Below are positions 59,401-64,000 of a stretch of DNA of 64,000 nucleotides, piece by piece (the stretch's first letter is position 1; every line of letters starts with the position of its first letter). The notes beneath the pieces are model-generated. The model saw only the letters and a program-made list of their open reading frames with translations. It made no database searches and had not been told where the DNA came from. The stretch is from Nemertoderma westbladi. Taxonomy: Eukaryota; Animalia; Xenacoelomorpha. Made by a program: the position numbers and the translations under genes. The stretch covers positions 1 to 64,000 of the forward strand of contig JAUCBJ010009041.1 in the NCBI GenBank assembly GCA_032718475.1, written 5' to 3'.

Positions 59401-62400
59401 TCACCAAATATAGTTATTCCGTGCCCCAATATAGTTAGTTCGTCACCAAATATAGTTATTCCGTGCCCCAATATAGTTAGTTCGTCACCAAATATAGTTA
59501 GTTGGTCACCAAATATAGTTAGTTCGTCACCAAATATAGTTAGTTCGTCACCAAATATAGTTATTCCGTGCCCCAATATAGTTAGTTCGTCACCAAATAT
59601 AGTTAGTTCGTCACCAAATATAGTTATTCCGTGCCCCAATATAGTTAGTTCGTCACCAAATATAGTTATTCCGTGCCCCAATATAGTTAGTTCGTCACCA
59701 CATATAGTTAGTTCGTCACCAAATATAGTTATTCCGTGCCCCAATATAGTTAGTTCGTCACCAAATATAGTTAGTTCGTCACCAAATATAGTTATTCCGT
59801 GCCCCAATATAGTTAGTTCGTCACCAAATATAGTTAGTTCGTCACCAAATATAGTTATTCCGTGCCCCAATATATATAGTTAGTTTGTCACCAAATATAG
59901 TTAGTTCGTCACCAAATATAGTTATTCCGTGCCCCAATATAGTTAGTTCGTCACCAAATATAGCTATTCCGTGCCCCAATATAGTTAGTTCGTCACCACA
60001 TATAGTTAGTTCGTCACCAAATATAGTTATTCCGTGCCCCAATATAGTTAGTTCGTCACCAAATATAGTTAGTTCGTCACCAAATATAGTTATTCCGTGC
60101 CCCAATATAGTTAGTTCGTCACCAAATATAGTTATTCCGTGCCCCAATATAGTTAGTTCGTCACCAAATATAGTTATTCCGTGCCCCAATATAGTTAGTT
60201 CGTCACCAAATATAGTTATTCCGTGCCCCAATATAGTTAGTTCGTCACCACATATAGTTAGTTCGTCACCAAATATAGTTAGTTCGTCACCAAATATAGT
60301 TATTCCGTGCCCCAATATAGTTAGTTCGTCACCAAATATAGTTAGTTCGTCACCAAATATAGTTATTCCGTGCCCCAATATATATAGTTAGTTTGTCACC
60401 AAATATAGTTAGTTCGTCACCAAATATAGTTATTCCGTGCCCCAATATAGTTAGTTCGTCACCAAATATAGCTATTCCGTGCCCCAATATAGTTAGTTCC
60501 TCACCAAATATAGTTATTCCGTGCCCCAATATAGTTAGTTCGTCACCAAATATAGTTATTCCGTGCCCCAATATAGTTAGTTCGTCACCAAATATAGTTA
60601 TTCCGTGCCCCAATATAGTTAGTTCGTCGCCAAATATAGTTAGTTCGTCACCAAATATAGTTATTCCGTGCCCCAATATAGTTAGTTCGTCACCAAATAT
60701 AGTTATTCCGTGCCCCAATATAGTTAGTTCGTCACCACATATAGTTAGTTCGTCACCAAATATAGTTAGTTCGTCACCAAATATAGTTATTCCGTGCCCC
60801 AATATAGTTAGATCGTCACCAAATATAGTTAGTTCGTCACCAAATATAGTTATTCCGTGCCCCAATATATATAGTTAGTTTGTCACCAAATATAGTTAGT
60901 TCGTCACCAAATATAGTTATTCCGTGCCCCAATATAGTTAGTTCGTCACCAAATATAGCTATTCCGTGCCCCAATATAGTTAGTTCGTCACCAAATATAG
61001 TTATTCCGTGCCCCAATATAGTTAGTTCGTCACCAAATATAGTTATTCCGTGCCCCAATATAGTTAGTTCGTCACCAAATATAGTTATTCCGTGCCCCAA
61101 TATAGTTAGTTCGTCGCCAAATATAGTTAGTTCGTCACCAAATATAGTTATTCCGTGCCCCAATATAGTTAGTTCGTCACCAAATATAGCTATTCCGTGC
61201 CCCAATATAGTTAGTTCGTCACCACATATAGTTAGTTCGTCACCAAATATAGTTATTCCGTGCCCCAATATAGTTAGTTCGTCACCAAATATAGTTAGTT
61301 CGTCACCAAATATAGTTATTCCGTGCCCCAATATAGTTAGTTCGTCACCAAATATAGTTATTCCGTGCCCCAATATAGTTAGTTCGTCACCAAATATAGT
61401 TATTCCGTGCCCCAATATAGTTAGTTCGTCACCAAATATAGTTATTCCGTGCCCCAATATAGTTAGTTCGTCACCAAATATAGTTAGTTCGTCACCAAAT
61501 ATAGTTAGTTCGTCACCAAATATAGTTAGTTCGTCACCAAATATAGTTATTCCGTGCCCCAATATAGTTAGTTCGTCACCAAATATAGTTTTTCCGTGCC
61601 CCAATATAGTTAGTTCGTCACTAGTTAGTTCGTCACCAAATATAGTTATTCCGTGCCCCAATATAGTTAGTTCGTCACCAAATATAGTTATTCCGTGCCC
61701 CAAATATAGTTAGTTCGTCACCAAATATAGTTAGTTCGTCACCAAATATAGTTATTCCGTGCCCCAATATAGTTAGTTCGTCACCAAATATAGTTATTCC
61801 GTGCCCCAATATAGTTAGTTCGTCACCAAATATAGTTAGTTCGTCACCAAATATAGTTAGTTCGTCACCAAATATAGTTATTCCGTGCCCCAATATAGTT
61901 AGTTCGTCACCACATATAGTTAGTTCGTCACCAAATATAGTTATTCCGTGCCCCAATATAGTTAGTTCGTCACCAAATATAGTTAGTTCGTCACCAAATA
62001 TAGTTATTCCGTGCCCCAATATAGTTAGTTCGTCACCAAATATAGTTAGTTCGTCACCAAATATAGTTATTCCGTGCCCCAATATAGTTAGTTCGTCACC
62101 AAATATAGTTATTCCGTGCCCCAATATAGTTAGTTCGTCACCAAATATAGTTAGTTCGTCACCAAATATAGTTAGTTCGTCACCAAATATAGTTATTCCG
62201 TGCCCCAATATAGTTAGTTCGTCACCAAATATAGTTAGTTCGTCACCAAATATAGTTAGTTCCGTGCCCCAATATAGTTAGTTCGTCACCAAATATAGTT
62301 AGTTCGTCACCAAATATAGTTATTCCGTGCCCCAATATAGTTAGTTCGTCACCAAATATAGTTATTCCGTGCCCCAATATAGTTAGTTCGTCACCAAATA

Positions 62401-64000
62401 TAGCTATTCCGTGCCCCAATATAGTTAGTTCGTCACCAAATATAGTTATTCCGTGCCCCAATATAGTTAGTTCATCACCAAATATAGTTATTCCGTGCCC
62501 CAATATAGTTAGTTCGTCACCAAATATAGTTAGTTCGTCACCAAATATAGTTAGTTCGTCACCAAATATAGTTAGTTCGTCACCAAATATAGTTAGTTCG
62601 TCACCAAATATAGTTAGTTCGTCACCAAATATAGTTAGTTCGTCACCAAATATAGTTATTCCGTGCCCCAATATAGTTAGTTCGTCACCAAATATAGTTA
62701 TTCCGTGCCCCAATATAGTTAGTTCGTCACCAAATATAGTTAGTTCGTCACCAAATATAGTTATTCCGTGCCCCAATATAGTTAGTTCGTCACCAAATAT
62801 AGTTAGTTCGTCACCAAATATAGTTATTCCGTGCCCCAATATAGTTAGTTCGTCACCAAATATAGTTAGTTCGTCACCAAATATAGTTAGTTCGTCACCA
62901 AATATAGTTATTCCGTGCCCCAATATAGTTAGTTCGTCACCAAATATAGTTAGTTCGTCACCAAATATAGTTATTCCGTGCCCCAATATAGTTAGTTCGT
63001 CACCAAATATAGTTATTCCGTGCCCCAATATATATAGTTAGTTGGTCACCAAATATAGTTATTCCGTGCCCCAATATAGTTAGTTCGTCACCAAATATAG
63101 TTATTCCGTGCCCCAATATAGTTAGTTCGTCACCAAATATAGCTATTCCGAGCCCCAATATAGTTAGTTCGTCACCAAATATAGTTAGTTCGTCACCAAA
63201 TATAGTTATTCCGTGCCCCAATATAGTTAGTTCGTCACCAAATATAGTTATTCCGTGCCCCAATATAGTTAGTTCGTCACCAAATATAGCTATTCCGAGC
63301 CCCAATATAGTTAGTTCGTCACCAAATATAGCTATTCCGAGCCCCAATATAGTTAGTTCGTCACCAAATATAGATATTCCGTGCCCCAATATAGTTAGTT
63401 CGTCACCAAATATAGTTATTCCGTGCCCCAATATAGTTAGTTCGTCACCAAATATAGCTATTCCGAGCCCCAATATAGTTAGTTCGTCACCAAATATAGT
63501 TATTCCGTGCCCCAATATAGTTAGTTCGTCACCAAATATAGTTATTCCGTGCCCCAATATATATAGTTAGTTGGTCACCAAATATAGTTATTCCGTGCCC
63601 CAATATAGTTAGTTCGTCACCAAATATAGTTATTCCGTGCCCCAATATAGTTAGTTCGTCACCAAATATAGTTATTCCGTGCCCCAATATAGTTAGTTCG
63701 TCACCAAATATAGTTAGTTCGTCACCAAATATAGTTATTCCGTGCCCCAATATAGTTAGTTCGTCACCAAATATAGTTATTCCGTGCCCCAATATAGTTA
63801 GTTCGTCACCAAATATAGTTAGTTCGTCACCAAATATAGTTATTCCGTGCCCCAATATAGTTAGTTCGTCACCAAATATAGTTAGTTCGTCACCAAATAT
63901 AGTTATTCCGTGCCCCAATATAGTTAGTTCGTCACCAAATATAGTTAGTTCGTCACCAAATATAGTTATTCCGTGCCCCAATATAGTTAGTTCGTCACCA
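38453..64000. repeat. Giant two-monomer 21-bp satellite, over 25.5 kb (about 1200 monomers), running off the window
   Basis: A = atatagttagttcgtcaccaa, B = atatagttattccgtgcccca, interspersed irregularly with recurring point variants. Confidence 0.99.

Noticed and set aside
38487-63981. Dozens of TIFGDEL/TILGHGI and SSSPNIV/IPCPNIV ORFs, superficially like a beta-solenoid protein
   Set aside because: Open on both strands because the unit is 21 bp; recurrent +4 and -1 frameshifts, almost no synonymous variation, no ATG starts or splice signals. Only proteomic or ribosome-profiling evidence would revive it.
21049-64000. Heat shock elements in the intronic satellites (autoregulation, as with human satellite III)
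   Set aside because: None of the monomers contains alternating nGAAnnTTCn units

Overview
AT-rich, repeat-rich eukaryotic (animal) genomic DNA; no prokaryotic features and no CRISPR array. An intron-poor lineage such as a hexactinellid sponge is my guess only. Three protein-coding genes lie on the minus strand. (1) An intronless CYFIP/Sra1 (40-3864). (2) An intronless TRIM (RING-Bbox-Bbox-coiled coil) protein fused to a degenerate PARP/ART domain (11044-13707). (3) The 3' part of a multi-exon heat shock transcription factor (HSF), assembled here from six phase-compatible exons between 37132 and 15877; its DNA-binding exons must lie beyond the window. More than half of the window is tandem repeat (43, 37, 38, 28, 34, 20 and 21 bp units), including a 6.4 kb and a >25 kb array inside the inferred HSF introns. 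The huge ORFs in those arrays are artefacts. Also present are tRNA-derived SINEs, LINE remnants, MITE/foldback and Helentron/Crypton-like fragments. The most notable signals are a hammerhead-ribozyme core nested between pol III A and B boxes (two inverted copies), the TRIM-pseudoPARP fusion, and a satellite whose monomer is the UUCG hairpin tail of a local SINE family. All calls are by eye; no searches were run.
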